A DNA stretch of 64,000 nt from a candidate division FCPU426 bacterium (GTDB taxonomy: Bacteria; Oederibacteriota; Muellerivitia; Muellerivitales; Muellerivitaceae): the NCBI GenBank assembly GCA_963796105.1, contig CAWCKJ010000004.1:480001-544000 (forward strand). The letters are read 5' to 3'. The translations under genes and the position numbers were made by a program. Below are positions 7,778 to 17,046 of this stretch, piece after piece. Within the stretch, counting starts at the first letter, position 1. Each line of letters starts with the position of its first letter. The notes below the pieces were generated by a model. That model ran no database searches. It saw only the letters and a list, made by a program, of their open reading frames with translations, and was not told the origin of the DNA.

Positions 7778-10365
7778 TCGGGGTTGACCTCCCGGATGGA
7801 ACGGACCCGAAGTGCCAATCGCGCCGGATAGATTCCCGCTAAAAGAGTGGCGGCCGCCACCCAGCTGAGGTCCCTCGCCAGCAAACCCCAGGGCACATGC
7901 CACTGGATGGTCCAGCCGAAGGATTGGACATTGATGACATAAATCAAAAGTAGCGCCAACAGGAATCCCAACCCCAACCCGAGCGCGATTCCGAGGATTC
8001 CCATCCACCCGGCTTCCCATAGGATACTCGTCTGGACCTGTCCTTGGGTGGCACCCAGGCAGCGGAGCATCGTGATCTCGCCTTTTCGCCCCAGGATCAA
8101 GGCCGCGAGGGTGGTCAGGATGCCGAGCACCGCCACCAGAACCGCGATAATTTCCATGGCGTAGGTAATGGTGAAGGTCCTGTCGAAAATCGCCATAACC
8201 TCCTTTTTCAGGGCCATGTTGGAGCGCGCGAAGACCTGAGTTCCGGGGGGGAGTCCAGCCAAAATTTTCTGTCGGGCCGACTCGACGTCCAGGCCGGGCT
8301 TCAGGTAAACCGCCACACCGTTGACGCCCTCGTCCTGGAAGAGTTTCGCGTAAACCGCCCGGTCCATCAAAAGGGTCCCCTGGTCGTTGGAATAATCAAA
8401 GTAAACGGCGCGGATAAAAAGGGATACGGGGCCGGAGGGCGTTTCCATGGGGAAATAGTCGCCCGCCTTGAAACGCTCCTTGAGTTCCAATGGTTCTGAT
8501 ATCACCACCGCCTTTTTCCCGCGGATTCCATCCAACAGGGAAGCCGATGTTCCCCCGGTCTTGAAAACCAGGTTGCCGTATTTCTCCAGCACATTCATGT
8601 CGAAGGCCGCCAGGTACAGATCCCCTCCCTTCCAGGGATATTGGATGCCCCTGAGCCTTTCCACCACCTGGACCCCCTCGGTGCGCGCGATGGCGGAAAC
8701 CGTCCCAGGAGAGATCAGGCTTTCCAACTCGCCGGCTGTATCCGACGCCGGTTTCAGATACAGGTCCGCCCTCAAGGTTTGGCCCAGCCAAAGGGTCACG
8801 GTTTCCCGGAAACTTCCCACCATGACCGTCACGCTGACTAGAAGGGCCACGCCCATGGCCAGGGCGCTGACTGCCACGCTGGTTCTCCCCAATCCCGAGA
8901 CCAGGTTCTTGTAGGCCAGCCTGAGGCTGAGGGGCAGACGGCTTCCCGCCAGTTTTTCCGCCGCCCCGAAAAGGAGTCGAATGAAAAAAGGCGTCAGGAA
9001 CGAAGTCCCCAGAAGAAGAAAAAACGCCGCGGCATACCCGCCGAGCGGGAGGCCGTTCACGGGAGGCAAATGATAAAGGCCTTCGCCGGAGGCGAGGCAA
9101 AGGAATCCTGCGGCGGCGAGAATCCATGCCCTGTCGGCCATCCGCGCCTGGACATGCCCGGGGCGAAGAGCCAACGACGGCTCGATGAGGGAGGCTGAAT
9201 AGGCCGGGGGAATGGACGAGGCGGCCACGAGAAGCGCTCCCAGGAAAGCCCAGAGAACCGCGGAGCCGGCGCCGGGAATATGGCTCCCGACCGACGCGAA
9301 AAGATAAAGGTCCCTGGCTGTGCCACCCACCAGTCTCAGGACTCCCGAAGCCATGGCTTTCCCCAGGAACAATCCCAGGAAGGCCCCTCCCGCCCCGTAC
9401 GCCGAGGCTTCGAACAGGACGAGGCACAGGATCTTGGCCCTGGTCAATCCCAGGGCCCGCAACAGGCCCAAGTCCCTGGTATGGCGGAGGACGGCGATGG
9501 ACATGGAATTGTAAACCAGGAAGAAGCCCACCCCGAGGGAAACCAGCGCGAGCGCCAGCAGGTTGGCGTGGAAGGCCTTCAGCATTTTTTCCACCTGCAG
9601 GTTCCGGCGGGAAGGCCTCTCTACGAGAAAAGAGGAGGGTAGTTTTTCCCGGAGGTCCTTTTCCAATTGGGCGCGGTCCGCTTCTTTCCCGACGGCCCAT
9701 TGGATCTCGTCCAAGACGCCTCTTTTACCGAAAGTTTCCTGGGCCGCCGCGATATCCATGACCGCGAAAGAGCCGTCCAAGGCCCGGCCGGCCCCCTGGC
9801 CGGACAACAATCCCTCGACCCGGAGGTTCTTTGTCTGGTCTCCCGAGAGAAAAGAGGCTTTGTCCCCGACCATGAGATGGTGGAGAAGGGCGAATTTTTT
9901 CGAGAGGATAATGGCGTCGGGTTCCGGAAGGATTTTCAGGAAATCTTTCCTCCCTAGCGGCTTGTCATCCTTGCCCAATACCTCGTAGTCCCGGATCTGG
10001 TCATCCTTGAGGAGGTCGGTTCCCAAGACCGACAACAGGTCCTTCGGGTTTTCTGCGGCGGCCAGTTTTCCCCAAACCACCGGCATCTGGACCGCCCCGT
10101 GTTTGGGGACGGAAACCAACCGGGCCATCCAGTCCTCGGGGAAAGGCACGCCCTTCTGGCGCACCGTGAGGTTGGCCTTGCCCGCCATGAGATCCACCGA
10201 TTCCTCGAAGGAGGACAGAACCGCGCCGCTTGAGAGTCGGATAGCCGTCACGAGCGCGATCCCCAGGGAGACGCCCAATAGCGTCAGGAGGCATCGGATG
10301 GGGTCCTGCCGGAAGTGCCGGTAAACCATGAGGGAGAACAACCGGAAGAGCCCGGGGTTAGCCAT
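7774..10365 (-). CDS. FtsX/MacB-family ABC transporter permease (AttFG-like)
   Basis: 863 aa with two MacB-type permease halves (LGLLRALGL and LRCLGAT). Confidence 0.92.
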   Translation of the reverse strand: MANPGLFRLFSLMVYRHFRQDPIRCLLTLLGVSLGIALVTAIRLSSGAVLSSFEESVDLMAGKANLTVRQKGVPFPEDWMARLVSVPKHGAVQMPVVWGKLAAAENPKDLLSVLGTDLLKDDQIRDYEVLGKDDKPLGRKDFLKILPEPDAIILSKKFALLHHLMVGDKASFLSGDQTKNLRVEGLLSGQGAGRALDGSFAVMDIAAAQETFGKRGVLDEIQWAVGKEADRAQLEKDLREKLPSSFLVERPSRRNLQVEKMLKAFHANLLALALVSLGVGFFLVYNSMSIAVLRHTRDLGLLRALGLTRAKILCLVLFEASAYGAGGAFLGLFLGKAMASGVLRLVGGTARDLYLFASVGSHIPGAGSAVLWAFLGALLVAASSIPPAYSASLIEPSLALRPGHVQARMADRAWILAAAGFLCLASGEGLYHLPPVNGLPLGGYAAAFFLLLGTSFLTPFFIRLLFGAAEKLAGSRLPLSLRLAYKNLVSGLGRTSVAVSALAMGVALLVSVTVMVGSFRETVTLWLGQTLRADLYLKPASDTAGELESLISPGTVSAIARTEGVQVVERLRGIQYPWKGGDLYLAAFDMNVLEKYGNLVFKTGGTSASLLDGIRGKKAVVISEPLELKERFKAGDYFPMETPSGPVSLFIRAVYFDYSNDQGTLLMDRAVYAKLFQDEGVNGVAVYLKPGLDVESARQKILAGLPPGTQVFARSNMALKKEVMAIFDRTFTITYAMEIIAVLVAVLGILTTLAALILGRKGEITMLRCLGATQGQVQTSILWEAGWMGILGIALGLGLGFLLALLLIYVINVQSFGWTIQWHVPWGLLARDLSWVAAATLLAGIYPARLALRVRSIREVNPE

Positions 10366-11062
10366 GGGCGCTTTTCTTCTGGGGATAAAGGCCGGTGACC
10401 TGCCCGTCCCTGAGGAAAAGGTGGGTGTCCCCGATGCCGCCTGTTTCCCGGCTGTGGGTGGCCATCAGCACCGCGGTTCCCTCGGCCCGGGCGGCCTGGG
10501 ATAGAAGCTTGAGGACTTCCTGGCCGTTGGCGGTATCCAGGTTCCCGGTGGGCTCATCCGCCAGCAGAAGCTTGGGCTTGTGGATCAAGGCCCGGGCGAT
10601 CGCGACCCTTTGCTGTTCCCCGCCGGAAAGCTGGTGGGGGCGCCGGCCCCGCTTGTCGAGAATGCCCACCTGGTCCAGGATCTTCTCGGCCTTTTTGCGG
10701 GTTTCCTTGCGCGAGCGGCCCGCCAGCAGGAGGGGCAGCTCGACGTTTTCCAGGGCGGTGAAGGTTTCCAAAAGGTTGAAAAATTGGAAGACGAAACCGA
10801 CGCAAGTGCGGCGGAACAGGCTGAGTTCCTTGTCCCCGAAGGCTTCCAAGGGGCGTCCATCGAAACTAATTTCCCCGCGCGTCGGGACTTCCATGCCCCC
10901 CAAAAGATGCAGGAGGGTGCTCTTGCCGCAGCCGGAAGGGCCCGTGACGGCGATAAATTCCCCGGACTTGACCTTGAAACTCACGTCCTTCAAGGCCATG
11001 ACATCCCCACCCTCGGTGGGATAGGTTTTGGAGATGTTCTTGACTTCCACCAATGAAGGCAT
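10358..11062 (-). CDS. ABC transporter ATP-binding protein (LolD/MacB-like)
   Basis: GPSGCGKST, LSGGEQQRVAIARAL and LLADEPTGNLD motifs. Confidence 0.96.
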   Translation of the reverse strand: MPSLVEVKNISKTYPTEGGDVMALKDVSFKVKSGEFIAVTGPSGCGKSTLLHLLGGMEVPTRGEISFDGRPLEAFGDKELSLFRRTCVGFVFQFFNLLETFTALENVELPLLLAGRSRKETRKKAEKILDQVGILDKRGRRPHQLSGGEQQRVAIARALIHKPKLLLADEPTGNLDTANGQEVLKLLSQAARAEGTAVLMATHSRETGGIGDTHLFLRDGQVTGLYPQKKSAHG

Positions 11063-11225
11063 TGTTATCCTTTATCGTCCGGTTTCGCGAAGTAAAACCA
11101 CGGATTGGGTTTTCCAAAACGGGGGAAAAACGTATTATAACAACTCCCGACGGGGTTCAAACCCAATGCATTGCCATTCGTTTTGAGCCCTCTTACAATG
11201 TCAATAAAGAGAGAGGGATGGCTCC

Positions 11226-11729
11226 ATGAAAATTTTGCATTCGTTTGTTTTCACTTTCTGGTATGGGACCATGCTTTACTTGACCTTCATCCAGGCCCCC
11301 CTCCTTTTCAAGACACTTCCCCGTCAGCTTTTCGGCGAGGTCCAAAGCCATCTTTTCCCGGCCTATTACTGGATCAGCTACCTCTGCGGGGCGCTTCTGG
11401 TGATCACATTCCATTTGCTTCATCCCCTGAAGAATTACCTGCCGGAGGACTGCGTTAAGATCACCCTGCTGTGCCTGATGCTGGCTTTTTCACTCGTCCA
11501 GGGCCTATGGATCGGGCCTAAAACCGGCAGGCTGCGGTTGGAAATCCAGGCCCTCCGACAGGAAACAAGCCAAACCCCCGGCCCATCACCGGAACCCGGC
11601 AAGCTGGAGGAACTCACCGGCGCCTTTGGCAAGGCCCACATGGTCTCCAGCCTTGTCAACTTGTTCGTGATCATCGGAGGAACCTGGTATTTCATTCTTT
11701 TGATCAAGGAAGCGGGACCCAAGGTTTGA
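11226..11729 (+). CDS. DUF4149/TMEM205-like membrane protein
   Basis: APLLFKTLPRQLFGEVQSHLFPAYY and FGKAHMVSSLVNL motifs; four TM segments. Confidence 0.8.
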   Translation: MKILHSFVFTFWYGTMLYLTFIQAPLLFKTLPRQLFGEVQSHLFPAYYWISYLCGALLVITFHLLHPLKNYLPEDCVKITLLCLMLAFSLVQGLWIGPKTGRLRLEIQALRQETSQTPGPSPEPGKLEELTGAFGKAHMVSSLVNLFVIIGGTWYFILLIKEAGPKV

Positions 11730-12682
11730 TGCCTCAAGATTCCATGACCAAAAATCCAAACTTTTTCCGGAACCGGAAAGGGATCGGAATAAAGGCTTTT
11801 TCCCGGATGACCCTGGTTCTTTTGGCGGGAGCGCTCAATCTGGTAACCGTAGAATCAAGCCTGGCTTTTTTTGAGCCGAGGCCCAAGGAACCCCTTCCGG
11901 TGTTAGAGCCGATCCTGGGAGCCTGGGGCGACTCCGGGGGTCAAAACGTCGATGGGCTGATCGAGTGCGGCGACTACCTATTCAACAACGCCGAAAGAAG
12001 CCGAAGCTTCTCATCGGGAAAAACCCGCGGAAGGCAAAAAGTCGTCATCCGCTATTCCAAAAATTCCTCCCCCTCCGGGAAGAAAAATTATGATTACCCT
12101 ACCCTCTTGCAGGCGGCCGAATATTGGAGGGAAGCCCTCCGGGTTTCCCCGGGCCGCTTGGACGTTTATTATAAATTAGCCAATCTTTACCAGATCATGG
12201 GGGATTTCGAGTCCCAATACGCTGTCCTCGTCCAGTCCTTCCAATACGGCTCAAGGCATCCCGGCAAATTGCGGTGGCTTCAAAACCAAAATCTTCCGGA
12301 CCTGCCCAAAAGGTTCATCCCCGATTCGGTGCAGGAATACGCATCCTATTACTTGGACCAGGGCGAGGCGCGAAACCTCGAAAAGGCCCGCCGCCTTTCC
12401 AGGCTGACCATGACCTTCTTCCCGAACCATCCCGCCCCCTACAACTGGCTGGCGGCCTATTTCGCCCAGGTAAAAGATTGGCCCCACTCCTTGAAATACC
12501 TCCTTATCGCCAGCCAGAAAGATCCCCAGAACAGCCTGGTGCTTTGCAACATCGGCAATATCCTGGCGGAATTGGGCAAGAAAAGGGAGGCCAGGATCTT
12601 TTACGCGAAAGTGGTGGCCTTGAACAACGATCCCTGGAGTTCGAGGAATGCCCGCAGGGCCCTAACGACTTCGAAAGACTAA
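11729..12682 (+). CDS. Exported tetratricopeptide-repeat protein
   Basis: N-terminal hydrophobic segment and several TPR-like helix pairs; TGATG coupling to the upstream gene. Confidence 0.75.
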   Translation: MPQDSMTKNPNFFRNRKGIGIKAFSRMTLVLLAGALNLVTVESSLAFFEPRPKEPLPVLEPILGAWGDSGGQNVDGLIECGDYLFNNAERSRSFSSGKTRGRQKVVIRYSKNSSPSGKKNYDYPTLLQAAEYWREALRVSPGRLDVYYKLANLYQIMGDFESQYAVLVQSFQYGSRHPGKLRWLQNQNLPDLPKRFIPDSVQEYASYYLDQGEARNLEKARRLSRLTMTFFPNHPAPYNWLAAYFAQVKDWPHSLKYLLIASQKDPQNSLVLCNIGNILAELGKKREARIFYAKVVALNNDPWSSRNARRALTTSKD

Positions 12683-12757
12683 CCCACTCCTTTCAAACAC
12701 TCCATTAATTGGCTCCCACCCCTTGATTCCCGGGGCAGGTTTCTGTAATTTTGTTAG

Positions 12758-13432
12758 ATGAAAACTATTATCAAGGAACAAAGAAAAAGAAACTCATTGG
12801 CGCCCGCCTTGAATTCCTCCCAAAAAATCCGTGAGCTCATTTGCGAGTTATGCCGCCATTTTTACCAGAAGGGATGGGCTTCCGGCACCGGCGGGGGAAT
12901 TTCCATCAAGAGCGGGGATCGGATTTACATGGCCCCCAGCGCCGTTCCGAAAGAGCGGCTCCAGCCCGAGGACATCTTTGTTCTCGATGACGAAGGAATC
13001 CCCTTGGAAGAGCCGGGGCGGGGCCTGACCCTTTCCCAATGCGCCCCTCTTTTCATGCACGCCTATCAAATCCGCGGGGCCGGAGCGGTTCTCCACAGCC
13101 ACTCCGTGAACGCCGTCCTGGCGACCCTTTTGTTCGACAAGGAATTCAAAATCAAGAACATGGAAATGCAGAAAGGCATCGAGGGTTACGGGGCCTTCGA
13201 CACGGTGTCTGTTCCCATCATCGAGAACACCGCCTTCGAGCGGGACCTGGCGGATTCCCTGGGGGAGGCCATCCGGAAGAACCCGAAGACGCGCGCGATC
13301 CTGGTCCGGGGGCATGGGGTTTATGTCTGGGGCCGCGATTGGAAACAAGCCAAGACCCACGCCGAATGTTATGACTATCTTTTCGAGACAGCCGAAAGGA
13401 TGAAACAATTGGGGATAACTTCAAATACGTAA
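12758..13432 (+). CDS. mtnB: Methylthioribulose-1-phosphate dehydratase
   Basis: GWASGTGGGISIK, GAGAVLHSHS and VRGHGVYVWG class II aldolase motifs; adjacent to mtnD. Confidence 0.93.
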   Translation: MKTIIKEQRKRNSLAPALNSSQKIRELICELCRHFYQKGWASGTGGGISIKSGDRIYMAPSAVPKERLQPEDIFVLDDEGIPLEEPGRGLTLSQCAPLFMHAYQIRGAGAVLHSHSVNAVLATLLFDKEFKIKNMEMQKGIEGYGAFDTVSVPIIENTAFERDLADSLGEAIRKNPKTRAILVRGHGVYVWGRDWKQAKTHAECYDYLFETAERMKQLGITSNT

Positions 13433-13537
13433 TTTTAGATTTTAAATTCTAAGTTTTAAATGAATGAACATTTTCTTCCTGATTTATGTAAGAAAATGAA
13501 CAACAATTCAAAATTTAAAATTCACAATTTAAAATTT
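13431..13537. repeat. AT-rich inverted heptamer-repeat palindrome
   Basis: ATTTTAA-like 7-mers on the left, AATTTAA-like 7-mers on the right, and a central CATTTTCTT/AAGAAAATG stem. Confidence 0.65.
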
Positions 13538-13559
13538 TCATTTCGAGGGGGAGGCTGTT

Positions 13560-14024
13560 ATGAAAGCTAATTGGCTGGAGACTGAAAAAAACATTACGGT
13601 GGAGGAACTCCGTTCCCACGGTGTCACTTACGAGCGGTTCGAGACTGATGAGGCTGTTTACAAGGCTCCTCTCGAACAAATCATGCGGGAGCGGGGCTAT
13701 GTGACCATGGACCAGGTGAAGATGTGGCCAGAAATGCCCAACTTCGACGCCTTGAACCAGAAATTCCTCGGGGAGCACCTGCACACCGACGACGAGGTCC
13801 GCTTCGTGCTGGCCGGGGCCGGGGTGTTCGAAATCCGGAGCCTGGAGGACAAATGGATGAAAATCACGGTGGAACCATGCGATTTCATCCTGGTCCCTGC
13901 CAACCGCTTCCACCGCTTTTACCTCACTTCCGCGAAAAACATCCATTGCGTGCGGTTGTTCAAGGACTCCTCGGGCTGGACTCCCCTTTACCGCAGGGAT
14001 CTCGAGGCAACTGCGGCGAAATAA
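13560..14024 (+). CDS. mtnD: Acireductone dioxygenase
   Basis: EHLHTDDEVRF cupin metal site and VPANRFHRF. Confidence 0.93.
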   Translation: MKANWLETEKNITVEELRSHGVTYERFETDEAVYKAPLEQIMRERGYVTMDQVKMWPEMPNFDALNQKFLGEHLHTDDEVRFVLAGAGVFEIRSLEDKWMKITVEPCDFILVPANRFHRFYLTSAKNIHCVRLFKDSSGWTPLYRRDLEATAAK

Positions 14025-14124
14025 AACCGATCTCAGCGTTTATCCAACCCCCTCTTAGGTTTATAATCGACCCGAAAAGTGTTCTGGGATTTTCCCGCCT
14101 TTCAATCATTCCGTGGAGATTTCC

Positions 14125-14661
14125 ATGGCCGATTACATCCTGAAGCCGGGAAACAAGCGCTTGCCCTCCGCGACTTTTCTCCTGGAGGAAATACACAAAC
14201 GCGGAATTCCCGTTGAAATCAACGTCACAGGCACGGTTGACCAATGGGAAGCCATCCGGTTTTTCGAGCCAGGCCCCCCGGAAATCGAGTGTTTCGCGAC
14301 TTTTGACCAGGAAAACCCACGATTCATATTGACTGTCCCAAAGGACTCCCCTGAGTTATCCTCCGACCTTCGTCTGCTTTTAGCCCATATCTTTTTATCG
14401 GAAGTCGGCGGCACCGTGACCGATTCTTCAACTGGAGAAAATTATGACGCCCCCAAAATCGCCGCCAGGGTCAGGCAGTTCCAGCCTTCCAAAAGCGGAA
14501 TCAGCGAATCCCTTTGGCTGATTTTTTCCTGGGCGGTACTGCCCTTGGCCGCCCTGGCTTACTTCGCGGTTCCCCACCAACTCAGGATCCTGGTGATCGG
14601 GGTCGCGGTCCTGGCTTTTTTCAGCGCAGTCGGACAAACCTATTCCAAACTCAAGTCCTGA
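14125..14661 (+). CDS. Hypothetical protein with two C-terminal TM helices
   Basis: ORF with GGAG RBS; stop coupled to the queG ATG. Confidence 0.7.
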   Translation: MADYILKPGNKRLPSATFLLEEIHKRGIPVEINVTGTVDQWEAIRFFEPGPPEIECFATFDQENPRFILTVPKDSPELSSDLRLLLAHIFLSEVGGTVTDSSTGENYDAPKIAARVRQFQPSKSGISESLWLIFSWAVLPLAALAYFAVPHQLRILVIGVAVLAFFSAVGQTYSKLKS

Positions 14662-15575
14662 TGGACGTTCTCGGGGTCACCCAAAAACTCAAGGAAAAAT
14701 CCTATTCGCTCGGTTTTGAGCTTGCTGGGGCCGCTCGCGCGGTTCCCTCTCCCGATTACTCTTACTTCCTCGAATGGCTGGGCCGCGGTTACGCCGGGGA
14801 AATGGGTTATTTGGAAAGGCGCAAGGCTGAGCGGGGAAACCCGCAGTCGCTCCTCCCGGGCGCGAAATCCATTTTCTGCCTGGCCCTCAGTTATAACCCG
14901 AAGCCCGAGCATTATCCCCTTCTCGAAAAGCATCCCATCTCCTGCTACGCCTGGGGGAAGGACTACCACCTAGTCCTGGGTGAGAAGTTGGAAACCCTCA
15001 GCCAATATCTTTCCCGGGAACTGGTTCCCGGGGCCAAGGCCAAATGGTACGTGGACACAAGCCCTCTCTTGGAACGAAGCTACGCGGCCCAGGCTGGTTT
15101 AGGTTGGATCGGCAAAAACACCTTGCTCCTGAACAAGGACTTCGGGTCCTTCCTGTTCCTGGGGGAAATCCTGACGGACGCGGAGCTCTCTTACGATGAG
15201 CCTCCCGCCAACCTTTGCAAAACCTGCACATTCTGCATGGACGCCTGCCCCGTGGGAGCGCTGGAGGAGCCCGGGGTTTTGAACGCGACCAAGTGCATCA
15301 GCTACCTCACCCTGGAGCACCGGTCCGAGTTGCTCAAGAGCAGGGACCTTCACGGATACCTGGCGGGCTGCGACCTGTGCCAGACGGTTTGTCCTTATAA
15401 CGCCAACGCACCCGCCGGACGGGAGGAATCCTTCAAACCGAGGGGGGAAATTCTTGAACTGACCAGCGAAAAGGCAAGTCAAATGGGTGAAAAAGAATTC
15501 AAAAATTTTACGAAAGAATCCGCTTTGGAAAGAATTAAATTCCCAATGTGGATGAGAAACGCCCAAACACAATAA
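14661..15575 (+). CDS. queG: Epoxyqueuosine reductase
   Basis: YAWGKDYH, GLGWIGKN, CKTCTFCMDACP, CISYLTLE and GCDLCQTVCPYN motifs. Confidence 0.95.
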   Translation: MDVLGVTQKLKEKSYSLGFELAGAARAVPSPDYSYFLEWLGRGYAGEMGYLERRKAERGNPQSLLPGAKSIFCLALSYNPKPEHYPLLEKHPISCYAWGKDYHLVLGEKLETLSQYLSRELVPGAKAKWYVDTSPLLERSYAAQAGLGWIGKNTLLLNKDFGSFLFLGEILTDAELSYDEPPANLCKTCTFCMDACPVGALEEPGVLNATKCISYLTLEHRSELLKSRDLHGYLAGCDLCQTVCPYNANAPAGREESFKPRGEILELTSEKASQMGEKEFKNFTKESALERIKFPMWMRNAQTQ

Positions 15576-16355
15576 TCAAACCGGTAATGGAATCTTCGGC
15601 ACCAGGCTCAAGTCCACTTGGCCCATGCCGGGCGCTCCGGCTTCACGGACTTTTTCGAAGAAGTTATCCGCTTTTTCCCTCAGTTCTTTCAAATCAACAC
15701 CCATGTAATGGGCGGGCAGGCGGTTCCATTTATCGCAAGCTTTCTCATAAAGACCCATGGCGCCGGCGAAATTGCCTTTCTGGTAGTGGTTCAAGGCGAT
15801 GGCCAGTTGGATGATCCCCTGGTAATGCAGGTGATCCATTCCCTCGGACCTCATCCAGATATCCTCGACCATCTCATGGCACTCGAAATATTCACCCTTG
15901 TTGAAAAGCCTGATTCCTTCCAGGTATTCGTGGGCATAAGGGTTTTTGTTTTCCTCTTCCCAGTTTTTCTCGGACAATTCCCGTATCAGGGTTTGGTCGG
16001 CGTCAGGAAAGTTGAATTTGAAAAGTTCATTTGGAAGCGCCCAGGCGAAATCGGCGACCTCGATTTTCTTGGGCTCGCCCCCGACGTGCCGACAAAGAAA
16101 AATGTTGAGCCTCACGGTCCGCGCGGGATAACGGTAATTGACGATCTTGTAGAACTTCAGGACCTCCACCTCGATATCCAGTTCTTCCTTGATCTCGCGG
16201 ACGATGCATTCCCGAAGGGATTCCGTCGGCTCTTTTTTACCGCCCGGGAGCTCCCAGAAACCCCCGAAGGAATCCTCCGGCTTTCGCTGGGTGATGAGGT
16301 ACCGGCCGTCCTTATAAATCAGGGCCGCGCCTACTTCCAAGGGTGTTTGGTTCAC
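15576..16355 (-). CDS. MutT/NudG-like Nudix hydrolase fused to a DUF309 domain
   Basis: N-terminal WELPGGKKEPTESLRECIVREIKEELDI Nudix box; C-terminal GIRLFNKGEYFECHE...YQGIIQLAIALNH...GN DUF309 pattern. Confidence 0.85.
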   Translation of the reverse strand: MNQTPLEVGAALIYKDGRYLITQRKPEDSFGGFWELPGGKKEPTESLRECIVREIKEELDIEVEVLKFYKIVNYRYPARTVRLNIFLCRHVGGEPKKIEVADFAWALPNELFKFNFPDADQTLIRELSEKNWEEENKNPYAHEYLEGIRLFNKGEYFECHEMVEDIWMRSEGMDHLHYQGIIQLAIALNHYQKGNFAGAMGLYEKACDKWNRLPAHYMGVDLKELREKADNFFEKVREAGAPGMGQVDLSLVPKIPLPV

Positions 16356-16723
16356 TGGTTCCTCTTCCGCTTGTTTTCCTGGCGGCGTTTCCCGCGCCTC
16401 TTCTTACGCGCAAAAGACATTTTCGCCTTTTCGGAAGGCTGTGGCAAACCTTCCCCGGCGATAAAGGTGGTCTTGCGTTCCTTGGGCAGGCTCTTGACTT
16501 GGTATTCCCTCCTCAGGGCCGAAGAATAATCAGCCTGTGGCTCCTGAAAAACCAGCCTGACCGGGGAATGAGTGGCTGTATATTTGCTGCCTTTTCCGGA
16601 GTTATGGGCCTCGATGCGTTTCTCCACGTCCTTGGCGATGCCCGTGTAATAGGACCCGTCGGCGCACTCGGCGATGTAAAGGCTCCAAGATCCCTCGGGT
16701 TTCCGCTTCAAGAATTCCTCCAT
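16352..16723 (-). CDS. GIY-YIG nuclease family protein (UPF0213-like)
   Basis: LYIAECADGSYYTGIAKDVEKRIEAHNSGKGSKYT and ALRREYQVK motifs. Confidence 0.92.
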   Translation of the reverse strand: MEEFLKRKPEGSWSLYIAECADGSYYTGIAKDVEKRIEAHNSGKGSKYTATHSPVRLVFQEPQADYSSALRREYQVKSLPKERKTTFIAGEGLPQPSEKAKMSFARKKRRGKRRQENKRKRNQ

Positions 16724-16736
16724 CAAAATTAAAAAT

Positions 16737-17014
16737 AATCTCTCGCCACAGATTCATGGGATTCATGGGATTCAACAAGTCTAGATCGTGACAAAGGCTT
16801 TGCCTTTGCGCCCGCTGGGCGATATGGCCCTGCCTGCGGACCGTGGAAAAATTAATTTTTCCATTGGCCGTCGGCTGAGCCATAGAACACGATCGATAAA
16901 CTTTTCATGCAAAATCTAATTTCTTTTCCATCCCCTGCATCCCCTGAATCCGTGGCAAAGGACTTAGTTTTGCTTAACGCCTTTTAGAACTAAAAAGCCT
17001 GATTTTATTTATCT
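16737..17014. repeat. Palindromic MITE/REP-like element, family 1, copy A
   Basis: Near-identical reverse complement of 23131-23408; arms GCCACAGATTCATGGGATTCATGGGAT and ATCCCCTGCATCCCCTGAATCCGTGGC. Confidence 0.9.
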
Positions 17015-17046
17015 TTGTTCCCTAGATTTTGTTTGGTTTGAAACAT

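Noticed and set aside
8396..9700. Long alternative-frame and antisense ORFs (also 20408-21394, 21868-22947, 49090-50259, 56001-56930)
   Set aside because: Shadow ORFs overlapping well-supported genes, as expected from GC-rich codon bias.
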